Assembly: GCF_009914755.1 (NCBI RefSeq)
Contig: NC_060928.1
Direction: 5' to 3' (one strand)
DNA length: 64,000 bases
Source: the human T2T-CHM13v2.0 reference genome, Homo sapiens
A model generated the notes under the pieces. The model was not told the DNA's origin, ran no database searches, and saw only the letters and a list, made by a program, of their open reading frames with translations. The position numbers and the translations under genes are program-made. Shown here piece by piece: positions 1 through 11,991 of this stretch (the first letter of the stretch is position 1; each line of letters opens with the position of its first letter).

Positions 1-1907
1 CTCTGGATTCCCTGAAAGCATTATTTTGAGGAAAAAATTGGTAGGAATATATTTCAAGAACTTTATTATGTTATTTTAGACTATTTTTTCTTCCTGGTAG
101 TGGAAATCAAAGTAAAATCCTACCTGTTTTAAAAGGTTTTTGCTCAGCTTTAATGAAAAGGAAACACATTACATTGGTTTGACTATTTCTATACTTATAA
201 AAGCCAGAGGCAAAATTCCAGATGATATTTTGTAAAAAAAAAAATACACACAATATTTTTGTTTTAAGGTAATATTCATCTTTGCAATCATGGGATAGTC
301 TCTAATAACAACTGTATTGCTTGCTGTAATTGTCTCAAGGCTTGGTTATTTATTTATTTGCTAAGCATTTATCGCAGATAGTTTTACTGGTCTAATTATA
401 TCAACAGAATTAGGGATGTCAGAATTGTTGTCTATTTAAATGAAGTAAACTAAAGTAGACCTTGGCCAAATTGCCCCCTCATTGAAGTTACCATGTCTTT
501 AAGAAATGAAAATAACTTCTCTCAGAAGACAAGCAGCATAAAAAAAGGAAACTTACCAACTGATTTAATGAGAAAGAAGACACCTGAAAATAAGGCCAGG
601 CACAAAAACAGGAAAAAAATCAGTTCAAGGACAAATTCATTAGAGAGAGATCAGTAACTTAGGAAAGATTTTTCTTCTAAACAGCAAAGATTTTTATTAT
701 AAAACCCCATTATTTTATCATTAGGAGACTGCGTTACCAGGATTAAACTCCCACTTTCAAAAGACACAGCTATCAGTCAGAGGTCAAGGTTAAAGAAGGT
801 AAATGGGTAATATCAAGCTTGACTTAATTAACAAATGTCTTGCCCATGTGTCTCTGCTTTATGTATTTTAAGCCCAGACTAGGGGCTGAATCACACCTAA
901 CTTGGAAGGCCAGGATGAGTTAAAAGATAGATAGAGTGATAAATACACAGACAAATACCTATTAATCTAGACATCTTTCCAAATAGAGGAAACTAGGCCT
1001 AAAGAAATTGTCAAGAAAATCAGTTCAAATGCCAAGAGATCTGACATCAATGATGTAGCACCATTGATATTCTATAGAACTGAAATAGCACCAACATTCA
1101 TGTCAAACTAACAACATAAATTAGCAGCAGGAGCACTGACATTAATAGGTTAAAGAAAGAGAAATACAAACATCAATAAGTCTAGCAAACACTCGATCAT
1201 TAATGGATGTTTCCTCAGCAGCACCATTCTTTAATCAAAAGGACATGGATATATAAAACCTTGTTAGAATTGGTCATTCTGGAGAACATAACACAACTTA
1301 AGCTACTATCCAGCACTTTCAGACTTGGATGGCATTCAACATGCAATGTCCTTTCTCCTCACCTGTCACTTTTTCTGAAGTGGTTATCATTTTGAGGGTT
1401 TTCTTAAGAAGCTTATAGTTGCTCCTTTTGTATCCTACGTGGTGTTCACTTTCTTAAATAGTTCTTTTCCATATTGTCCTTTGAAAATTCATTTGTCAGG
1501 GGCTCCATTTCTGCACAAAAAGTGAGTCAATCTAAAATAAAATCATTGATTGTAAATGAAAGTGGTAATGACATATATGAGCCTCAAACTGTTTATCAGA
1601 AGTCTTTTATAATTCACAATTTATTAAGCCTATAGCAAGTATCTGTTGAAAGCCAACTGTCAGAAATGGAGTTAAATGCTATGAACATGAATGCAAGCAA
1701 CATAAAATGAATTCCCTCAAGGACTGTATCATGGAAAAAATGATGTAAACAGGCAAATGTGATTTATTATGAGAGAATAAATCTGATAGTATTTATATCA
1801 ACTAAGCAGGTTAGAGGATGGAGGATTTCAAAGATGGCATTGCTACTTCTCATGGCAAAAATGGACTATTGTATGCTCTACTAGTATGTTCTACCAATTT
1901 TGATAAT

Positions 1908-2271
1908 TGCATACTATTTGTCGTAGGCTGCCATCATTAAATATCACAGACTAGAAGACATACGAACAATAGAAATTTATTTCTCACAACTCTACAGCTG
2001 GGATGTCCAACAGTAAGATATAAGCAGATACAATGTCTCTTGAGGGCCTATTTTCTGGTTCATAGGCAACAACTTCTCACTGTGTCCTCTCGTGGAAGAA
2101 AAGGCCAGGGGTCTCTTGGGCCTCTTTTATAAAGGCACTGAACTCATTCTTAAAGTCTCTGCCCTCGTGACCTAATTGCCTCCCAAAGGCCCTGCCTGCT
2201 AATATCACCACTTTCAAGCTTTAGATTTCAACATACAAAATTTGGGGCAATTAAAACGTCAAACCATAGCA
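1908..2271 (-). mobile_element. MLT1A-family MaLR solo LTR
   Basis: Ends ...caaaccatagca, the reverse complement of the TGCTATGGTTTG LTR start. Carries typical gaaatttatttctcaca, cctcttttataaaggcac and cctcccaaaggccc motifs. Confidence 0.8.
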
Positions 2272-3740
2272 ATATTATTCAGTTTTCAAATCGCTTGAAG
2301 ACATACAATCTCATTTTTATACAATGGATGTGTTCTAATCAGGATTAGTTTATAGACAGTGCTGGCCAATGGCCATAAAGTAGAAGTTTTACCTATAAAA
2401 ATAAAATGATTGTATTGTTAAAAGACTTTAGAGTTTATTCTAAATGGTCTTTGCAATATTATAAAATTTAAAGTTTTAGAAAGTGAGAAAATAACAATCA
2501 AAAAGATTTCTGAGGATGACTAGCTATTAGAGAATTGTCAGCCATTGTTCTTTGATTTCAGTTTGATTTCCTTTCATGATGAGAAATTATAATGAATCAC
2601 CACCAATCAGCAAACCTGATTATGGATTTCATCTGTAGAGCCTATAAAAAGCACCTGCTTCCTGGGCAAGTACTAGACAGCTGTGGGCATGACTGGAACT
2701 AAGTAGTCCTGCGCCAGCAACAAAGACTTTGGAAATCTCTTATCCTGACACCTCACTATCTGAAAATTAGTTCTTAAATGGCACCTTCCTTATGTTCCAC
2801 ACAAGTTAACTATCAACGTCAATATGTGTGTCTGTGTGTATTTTGGTTATGTTTTAAATTTTATTTTATGATTTGGTGTTATATTTATTTAAATTTACCT
2901 CTAGGGTATTTGTAATATTTTTCAAAGCTTAAGATTACTAAAGTTCTTAATTCAGACCAAATGTGGTTTTCAAAACGTAATAGATTCTCCTCTACTGGGC
3001 AGATTCTTATGTCAAGCCACCTTAGATAAAATTGGGGTATTTGGGTTCACTCTGTATGTGATTTTCTTAGAAAAAAACCCTAAATATCATTGTCTTGGCT
3101 TGGGTATAATCTTCTTACGATATCTGTGTAGGTATAAAAAGTTGGCTTGCTTAATATAACAGAAACTAGCCACATCACTTTTCAGGAGGGACACACAATT
3201 CCAGCTATATTTCTCAGTGTAGGGACAGTGAAATTGCAGAAACTCTAAGGCAAGATCATCTCTGGGTTAATACCTTTAAGTATTGCTATTCCACAAAAGA
3301 TTTGAATTGAATTGCATGGGTAACTAAATATCCTCTAAAAATATCTTATTTCTAATATTTTGTTTATAAATATGACAGCTGACTTGGAATACATATGTAT
3401 TTAAATTTTTAATTTGCTTAACAAAGACTTCACATTATAGAACACAGAGTAATTTATCTTTTTTCCCAAAAATGCATGTCCTCTTATTTCAAGGATGCTG
3501 CTATTGATTACTTTAGCATCAATAAGTGAGTGTGACCTCAAAGATCAACAAGGGGCCAACAGATCATTTTGCGTTGTGCACACATAAAGATTTTACAATA
3601 AGAATTAAAACAAAGGCAAATGTTTCAGTGAGGATGCATTAACTTTCAGTATATCCAAATAAAAAATTGTTTTTTGTCGGGGGAGTAAGGGATTGTCATA
3701 ATCAACACCTTCAGGCTAAAATTCATTACTACATTCTTTC

Positions 3741-4032
<292 letters not shown>

Positions 4033-4129
4033 TAGAAATTAATTTTGTCATCTGAAAGGCCCGCTTTTTTTTCCCTCTGGAGTACTGATAATAATAATGA
4101 ACTTCAACATAAAGAGGTAAAAATAGTCT

Positions 4130-4202
4130 TTATATATATATATATGTATATATATAAATGATGAGCTTATATATATATGTATATATGTGTATATATATAT
4201 AT
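4130..4202. repeat. (TA)n/(TATG) microsatellite
   Basis: Two TA-rich runs read directly from the sequence. Confidence 0.85.
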
Positions 4203-4647
4203 AATGCCCATGATGACTGTTTTATTGAAAGGTGATGAAAATAGAGAGACTTAAGATAAATGGGAAGGGGTGGTAACATTAGATATGTTAGAAATGAAAT
4301 TCACAAGTACTGAAATGACTTAATAACTAGAAAAGGGATGGCTATTGACAGTCTGCTGCAATGACCACATTGACTATCTTTGCCAACTGAATTTATCATT
4401 TTACTACCTTCCTCATTCACTTCAAGATTTTTCTTAGAAAAACTAAAAAATACTATCTATATTTGGAAAACATGTTTGTAAGAGCATTAGTGATCTTAAT
4501 GAAATCCAAGAGCCACTAAATAAAAGTTAAATATTTTACCCAAAATATAGTTAAAATATTTATAAATACTATAGAATTTGAAGTGCCATTATAAACATCT
4601 TAATCCTTAAATAATAATTTAAAATATATCTCCTTTGTAACTACAAA

Positions 4648-4833
4648 CTATATATACTATATATACACTATATATATACTATATAGTGTATATATAGTAT
4701 ATATATATACTATATATACTATATATACACTATATAGTATATATATAGTGTATATATATACTATATATACTGTATATATAGTATATATACTATATATAAA
4801 CTATACTTTATATATAATATAAACTATACTTTT
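4648..4833. repeat. Compound TA-rich palindromic repeat (TATAC/GTATA units)
   Basis: tatactatatatacactata is followed by its reverse complement tatagtgtatatatagtata, and the pattern recurs. Confidence 0.85.
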
Positions 4834-5504
4834 ATTTGTAGACGTAACATCTTTGCTCTCTACATGCAAATGCAAAGTTTCAAGAGTGGTAGGAAAACCT
4901 AATTAAATATATCTGAATGTATAAACTTGTGTTGTTTAATCAATGCTGTAACTTGTTAAATAAGAGGTTTTCATTTACTTTTTAGAGTTAATTCTATAAT
5001 TTTCTCTCTTCTAATAATATTTGCCAGTGTCTGGTACAACAATGAACACTAATGGCAGCAGTAGATATTCTTGTTTACTTGTTGGTTTAATGGTGGTACA
5101 AACCCTGCCTCACAAGTTTAGTATAAAATACGATGAAACAATGTAAATCCCTTTCTGGATCCATGGCACTTTTTGAGCACTTCAACACTTCGTAAGTGTT
5201 ATTACTATTTTGTACAAAAATATATATTAAAATATGTGTTACTACATTTTCAGAATTTCTCTCCTCTCCCTTCAGGAGCATTCTCCCATCTCATGTGCTT
5301 CTTGTGGATCTATGGGCACAATGCCTAGCCTAGGATCCCCACAAACACAGGCATGGGAAGGTCACAAGGATGTCAATAAATAAATCTCCACATATGAAGT
5401 AATTGATCTAAATGTTGGGAAATAATATAAGCACATTTATTCAATGTTTTTATTTGATTGTTATATAGATATTTGGAGATATTAATTTCATTTACAACCA
5501 TAAT

Positions 5505-5595
5505 CCCTGCTTCCTCTCCATGTAATAACATATTCACAGGCTCCAGTGATTCAGATGTGGACACCTTTGGAGGAGCATTTATTCTGCCTACCACA
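5505..5595 (-). mobile_element. MLT1D-like LTR 5' fragment
   Basis: ...taacatattcacagg...gatgtggacacctttgg...attctgcctaccaca is the reverse complement of the TGTGGTAGGCAGAAT LTR start. Confidence 0.7.
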
Positions 5596-6019
5596 GAAAC
5601 TCTTCACTTTCATCACATGAAGTCAATTCTAGCTGTTCCTCATCCACTAACTAGTATTGTGTCCAAAAACAAATAATTTAGTCTTTTTGAATATTTTTAT
5701 CCATTTAGAAAGTGAATGTTTTGTTTGATAAAGTCTGCTTTGATTTGTTGATATGAATTTAGTGACTGCCTTTTTAAAGCCATTGACTTAAGCAATAGAT
5801 ATAATTTTATATTTGAAAAACATGTCCTCAGTAATATCCTGCCTCTCAAACAATTAAAATATAATAGTAAGACATATGATAAGTTTATTTTAAGAATTTT
5901 ACTTGTCAATAATTTAAAAAAAATCAGCAGTTCATTGGGAATAAAACAGAATCTACTTTATTCCAATAATCACTTCAAGTTAAGGAAATAATTAGAAATG
6001 TTGGAAAAAATGTTCATCA

Positions 6020-6648
6020 CATGCTTATACATGTTGGTTGGAGTGTAAATTAGTTCAACCATTGTGAAAGATAGTGTGGTGATTCCTCAAAGACCTAAAG
6101 ACAAAACTACCATTTGACCATGCAATCCTATTATTGGGTATATACCCAAAGGATTATAAATTCTTCTACTGTAAAGACACAGGCATGTCAGTGTTCACTA
6201 TGGCACTCTTCACAATAGCAAAGAGGGGAATTAACCTAAGTGCCCATCAGTGATAAACTGGATATGTATTAAAAAAGTGGCACATATACACCATAGAGTA
6301 CCATGCAGCCATAAAAAATAATGAGATCATGTCCTTTGCAGGGATATGGATGGAGCTTGAGGCCATTATCTCAGGAACAGAAAACCAAATACCACATGTT
6401 CTCACTTATTAGTGGAGGCTAAATTATGAGAACACATGGACACAGAGAGAGCAACACACACTGGGGTGTATCAGAGTGTGGAAGGCAGGAGGAGGGAGAG
6501 GATCAGGAAAAAAAAATAACTAATGGGTGCTAGGCTTGATACCTGGGTGATAAAATAATCTGTACAACGAAACCCCATGACACAAGTTTACCTGTGTAAC
6601 AAACTTGCACATGTACCCCCGAACTTAAAATAATAGCTAAAAAAGAAA
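6020..6648 (+). mobile_element. L1 3' end fragment (older L1PA, ~L1PA13-16)
   Basis: ORF2 C-terminus and 3'UTR motifs: gtaaattagttcaaccattgtg, gatggagct, acctgggtgataaaataatctgtacaac, cacatgtacccc, A-rich tail. Confidence 0.85.
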
Positions 6649-7875
6649 TATGTAGCCTTTATCATATTTTGAAGATTATTCAATATTTCATGAGGTTTTT
6701 CTAAAGAAAGATACAAACCTTTTGTTTACTTTAGTTTAATTTGTTTAAAAATACTCTAAAAGCACAAAAGGACTCAAATTGAATACAACTAGTTAATAAA
6801 CATTTTTTCTTTGGGACATCTCATATGATTTTCATTTATTTTTTCCTTTTTGACTTGTCTGTATTTTTCCTATTCCAATAATGAGATCATTGTTAATAAA
6901 TATATTTAAAAGTAATTTTTAAAATGAAAAGATTAGGGATTACATAATAATGGAATTAGTAAAAAGTTTAATTGCTAACATATCTCAACAGATAATAACA
7001 CCTTATCCAGAAATAACTAGAGATATTTTTGTTATTGCAACATTTTTATCTATCTCTCTCATTATCCAGAACTTCAAAACCTCTGTAATTATGAATTCTG
7101 ACTCCTCACAGTTTTGAACCATATCTCCACAACTTGATTATGTCACTACTTTAAACACAAGTCTTGATCTCATAAGTGTGTTCAGTTCAATGATCCTGGA
7201 AGTTTTTATTCACCATTCACTTTCTGTCTTAATTTTATTCTCTACAGAATTTAGTTTCTGTGGTCCATCATTTCTATAACTTTTCTGCCAATATACTAAA
7301 TGTCCTTGTCCAATTAAATTAAATTTCCATTATGCTCCTTTAGCTAGCACTCAGTCCTGATTGAGTCAAATTCTGAACTTCCACAGCTCCATCAAGCCTG
7401 CTGAATACTGCAAGAAAAAAAGAATCACATATCTAGTCATGTTAGTACCACTATATTTTCAAGAACATTGGCCACAATTTTAGCTTGCAAATCTGTAGAC
7501 CAGTGGGACAATGTTTCCCTAAAAAATATCTGCTTTCATTTATCACAGAAATAATTAGAACTATATCCACTTTCTTAAAACATCTGACCAGGACCCTACT
7601 TACCCACTCACATTTAGTAAATTACTTTATCTCTTACTACCTGGATACCATTAAAGAAGATAAGAACAATATTCTGAACTGAGTTTTTTAATCTATAGGT
7701 AGATATAAATATATATACACACACAAATGCACACATGTACATTCTATCTTTCAGAATTTTTTTGAAATACATTTTCCATGAATGGTCTCTTTCTAGTTCT
7801 TTGTTATATTATAAGTTTATATTTCTTTTATTCCTTTAGTAAAATTATTTTTGGAATTTTATAGTTAGGAAATTA

Positions 7876-8214
7876 CAGTCATGCATTGCTTAATGATGGA
7901 ACTATGTTATAAGAAATGTCTCATTGGGCATTTTTTTTGTTTGTGAACATCACAGATTGGATTTACACAACTAGAGTATAGCCCACTATACACCTAGGCT
8001 TTGTGATGTAGCCTATTACCTAGCCTGTAAACCTATACAGCATGTTACTGTACTAAATACTGTAGGCAGCTGTAATATAATGGTAAGTGTTTGGGTATCT
8101 AAACCTATCAATGTTTCAGTAAAAATACAATATTATAATTTTATGGGACTACCATCATATATGCATATATGTGGTCTGTCATTGACCAAAACATCCTCGG
8201 GTTGCACATGATGA
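7876..8214 (+). mobile_element. Tigger3/Golem-type non-autonomous DNA transposon
   Basis: Begins ta|cagtcatgcattgcttaatga. Internal gtgaacatcacag, cacctaggct and cagcatgttactgtactaaatactgtaggc motifs. Degenerate terminal inverted repeat ...gcacatga. Confidence 0.8.
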
Positions 8215-8260
8215 TATTAATATCTGCTTACCCTGATATTGAGCTTTGAGCTTTATATAT

Positions 8261-9323
8261 TGTTGTGGGAAGTCAGGGACCCCGAACAGAGGGACCTGCT
8301 GAAGCCGTGACAGTAGAACATAAATTGTGAAGATTTCAAGGACATTTATTAGTTCCCCAAATTAATACTTTTATAATTTCTTATGCCTGTCTTTACTACA
8401 ATCTCTGATCACAAATTGTGAAAATTTCATGGACATTTATCACTTCCCCAGTCAATACTCTTGTGATTTCCTATGCATGTCTTTACTTTAAACTTTTAAT
8501 CCTGACATCTTAGTAAGCTGAGGATGTATGTCACCTCAGGACCCTGTACACAAATTGTTCATAAAGGATGTGTGTTTAAACAATATGAAATCTGGGCACC
8601 TTGAAAAAAGAACAGGATAACAGCCATGTTCAGGGAACAAGGGAGATAACTGTTGGGCCTGACAGCCTGAGGGGCCGGACAGAACGGAGTCATATTTCTC
8701 TTCTTACAAAAGCAAATAGGAGAAATATTGTTGAATTCTTTTTCTCAGCAAGGAACAGCCCTGAGAAAGAGAATGCATTCCTGGGGGGAAGGTCTCTAAA
8801 ATGGCCGCTCTGGGAATGTCTGTCTTATACAGTTGTCGATAAGGGATGAAATAACCCCTGGTCAACCATAGTGCCCCTAGGCATATCAGGATGAGGAAAT
8901 TCCTGCCTAGTAAATTTTAGTCAGACCGGTTGTCTGCTCTCAAACCCTGTCTCCTGACATTATCAATGACAATGCGTGCCCAGTCAGACATGAAACTTCA
9001 TTAGCAATTTTAATTTCACCCTGGTCCTGTGATCTTGCTCTGCCCCCATTTGCCTTGTGATATTTTATTGCCTTGTGAAGCATGTGATCTCTGTGACCCA
9101 CACCCTATTCGTACACTCCTTTTTGAAATCCATAATAAAAAATTGCTGGTTTTGCGGCTTGGGGTGCATCACAGAACCTGCCGACATGTGATGTCTCCCC
9201 CGGACACCCAGCTTTAAAATTTCTCTCTTTTGTACCCTTTCCCTTTATTTCTCATACCAGCTAACACTTAGGGAAAATAGAAAAGAACCCACATTGAAAT
9301 AATGGGGGCTGGTTCCCCCAATA
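8261..9323 (+). mobile_element. MER11 LTR (5' LTR of a HERV-K11/HML-8 provirus)
   Basis: Starts tgttgtgggaagtcagggaccccgaac. Has the repeated aaattgtgaa(g/a)atttca(a/t)ggacatttat units and AATAAA at 9134-9139. Ends ggttcccccaata, followed by a PBS. Confidence 0.9.
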
Positions 9324-9325
9324 TC

Positions 9326-9343
9326 TGGCACCCACATGGTCTT
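9326..9343 (+). promoter_or_regulatory. Degenerate tRNA-Lys primer-binding site
   Basis: tggcacccacatgg lies 2 nt after the LTR end and resembles the TGGCGCCCAACGTGG Lys PBS of HERV-K groups. Confidence 0.7.
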
Positions 9344-9444
9344 TCTTTTTTCCCAAGTGTATGTGGGAACCCGATTCCCTTTGGTAGGTGTGGAGAAACG
9401 TCACTGGTTCGGTCCACAGAAACACTTGTTCAACTCCCTGATGA

Positions 9445-9453
9445 CAGGTGAGT
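9445..9453 (+). promoter_or_regulatory. Candidate retroviral major splice donor
   Basis: CAG|GTGAGT consensus donor in the leader between the PBS and the gag ATG. Confidence 0.55.
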
Positions 9454-9478
9454 AGTCAGTGTATGGTCCGGGTTAACT

Positions 9479-9792
9479 ATGGGTCATGCGGAGTCTATAC
9501 ATCATGCTTATCTCTAATATATTAAACTCCTGTTAAAACAGGGCAGTGTTTGAGTGCCTATGGAAAATATGGTCACACTATTCAGGGCAGTGGAAAAATA
9601 CTGTCCTTGGTTTCCTGAAAAAGGAACCTTATACGTAGAACTTCCCCGTCCACTTCAGCCCCTCACCCTCCTGTTGTTTCAGTTTCTCAACCAGTCACTT
9701 TTCTATCCACTCAGCCTGCTTCTCTGTACCCTTCTTCACACATGGACACCAGTAATCACCAGTATACTTCTGCTCCTTCTGCTCCCCCAATA
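9479..9792 (+). pseudogene. gag: HERV-K-type gag (matrix) remnant, disrupted and truncated
   Basis: The ATG at 9479 gives MGHAESIHHAYL*YIKLLLKQGSV*VPMENMVTLFRAVEKYCPWFPEKGTLYVEL. It has an MGxxxS myristoylation pattern and the CPWFPE.GTL motif of betaretroviral MA, with two in-frame stops. Pro/Ser-rich gag-like sequence follows. Confidence 0.85.
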
Positions 9793-9799
9793 TATAGAG

Positions 9800-10460
9800 A
9801 ATCCAAAGGTAGGAAAAGTGCAGAATTCAACATACCCCCATTTCTTCAAAACCTGCCATCAACAATAATACACATCTTATTTCCACTGTTTCATCTATCC
9901 TTTATTTTTGGTGCAATATCTTAAAGCAGATATAGGGCATGATGTCATTTCACCATCACACATTCCAATGTGTATCTAAGAAGTAATGGATTTAAAATAA
10001 TGACAATACCATTATAACATTTAATGTAATTAACAAAAATACCTGACTATCATCTAATACCCAGTCCTTTGTCAACTTTCTCTAATTGTATTATAAAATT
10101 AGTTGATCTATTAACATTAGAATTTAAACAATATGCAATCATTTTATTTGGTTGTTATATCTCCTATGTCTCTCTTAACATAGAACAGTCTTGTCCTTCC
10201 CATTCTCCTTTTTCACACTGCCTTTGACTTTTTGAAGAAATGGAGTAAGTTTTCTTAAAATGGCTGATATTCTGGATTTGACTAATTCATTTCTGAAGGT
10301 ATTTTATTTATTGTTCCTATTTTCACCATACTTTCTCAACACTAGTTGTGTATACAACTGTTTAGATTTAAATCCAGTTTTGGAGGCAAATGTATCTCGT
10401 AGGTAAGCTGTGTATTTTACATTGCTTTACAGCATGAAACACATAACTCTGTCTCATTTT
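9800..10460 (-). mobile_element. Ancient L1M (L1MC-like) 3' fragment
   Basis: Motifs such as atcatctaatacccagtcc, tttggttgttatatctc, ttgactttttgaagaaa and attctggatttg typical of antisense L1MC 3' ends. Confidence 0.55.
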
Positions 10461-10629
10461 TAGTTTTTAGTAGAAAATGTCTCACTTTTGCTCTAAACAC
10501 TTTTCAAAAATGTTCTGAGCACTATAACCAAAGTGGTAGAGTTCTACTGGCTTATAAAGTACAAGAAATGTTACTCCTTAAGATACTTACTTTAAAAATT
10601 GAAATAATATGGCTTTTTATTAACATCTT

Positions 10630-10956
10630 TGATGTGGCTTTGCTGTGTCCCCACCCAAATCTCATCTTGAATTCCCACGTGTTGTGGGAGGGGCCCGATA
10701 GGAGGTAATTGAATCATGGGGGCAGGTCTTTCCTGTGCTGTTCTAGTAATAGTGAATATGTCTCATGAGGTCTGATGGATTTATAAGGTTGAATTTCCCT
10801 GCACAAGCTCTCTTCTCTTGCCTGCCACCATGTAAGAAATGACTTTCACCTTCCACCATGATGGTGAGGCCTCCCTAGCCAGGTGGAACTATGAGTTCAT
10901 TAAACCCCTTTCTTTTGTAAATCGCCCAGTCTTGGGTATGTCTTTATCAAAAGCAG
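10630..10956 (+). mobile_element. THE1B-like MaLR solo LTR (3' end clipped)
   Basis: tgatgtggctttgctgtgtccccacccaaatctcatcttgaa...ggaggtaattgaatcatgggggc...cccagtcttgggtatgtctttatca. Confidence 0.85.
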
Positions 10957-11269
10957 CTTCTTTTTGACAAACTTGAAAAACCTACAATTTATTTTAAAAA
11001 TTTTCAAAAATGCAGAGCATGAAAATTTGATTGAATATTAATTAAAATGTTAAAATTATTCTCAAACTCCAAAACTGTGGGATAATTTAAATATCACCTC
11101 TTGCTTTATTTGTGTGTGTTACAAAAACAACACTTGGTCATTAGAGAAAAAGGAATATATAGAAAGCAAAATAATGTAAAGGATACTTGTTATTCTATTC
11201 AAGAAATGAAAATTCTTCAGAATAAGATCCTCTGAATACATAGCATAGATGAGTGTTATAAGCACATTT

Positions 11270-11445
11270 CAAATCTTAGTGCATTTTTTTAAAAAGCTGC
11301 ATGGTTACTTAACCCCTTTGTTTTCTGACCTGTAAAATGGGGCCATTAACAGCACCTACTCTTTACAGTTGTTTTAAAACTGAATGAATACTTGTAAAAT
11401 ACATGAAAAAATAACTGGCACAAATTAACTGTCAATAAATATTCC
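11270..11445 (+). mobile_element. MIR fragment
   Basis: gttacttaacc...ctgtaaaatgggg...cacctac...ctggcaca...caataaatatt core. Confidence 0.65.
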
Positions 11446-11615
11446 AATTTTCTTCTAAGCACATCCTTATGTAATATTTAAAATGAAACATATATTCTAT
11501 ATGCATCGAAAACATACAATTTACAAATTACACAAGTCTATGTGTATCCGCATGTACGTAAATGTTCCTATATATAAAATTTCAATATACTTGAGTTTTT
11601 CCCCGAAATCACCAT

Positions 11616-11936
11616 TTTGTTTGTTTGTTTGTTTTTGTTTTTGTTTTTGTTTTTGTTTTGTGTGAGATGGTGTCTTACTTCTTTGCCTAGGCTGGAGTGC
11701 AATCTTGACTCACTGCAACCTCTGCCTCCTAGGTTCGAGCAATTCTCCTGCCTCAGCCTCCCAAGTAGCTAGGATTATAGGCACTTGCCACCATGCCTGG
11801 CTTAATTTTGTATTTTTAGTAGAGATGGGTTTTCACCATGTTGGCCAGGCTGGTCTTGAACTCCTAACCTCAAGTGATCTGCCCAACTCAGCCTCCCAAA
11901 GTGCTGGGATTACAGGTGTGAGCCACCATACCTGGC
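11616..11936 (-). mobile_element. AluS
   Basis: (GTTT/GTTTTT) tail, full dimeric Alu, approximate TSD aatcacc on both sides. Confidence 0.9.
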
Positions 11937-11991
11937 TGCCAATCACCTGTTTTTAATCTTTTTTCCTATTATTCTCTTTTAAATAATGCAC

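Noticed and set aside
8315-8500. Repeated aaattgtgaagatttca...ggacatttat units resembling a repeat-spacer array
   Set aside because: This is the intrinsic tandem structure of the MER11 U3 region, not a CRISPR-like array.
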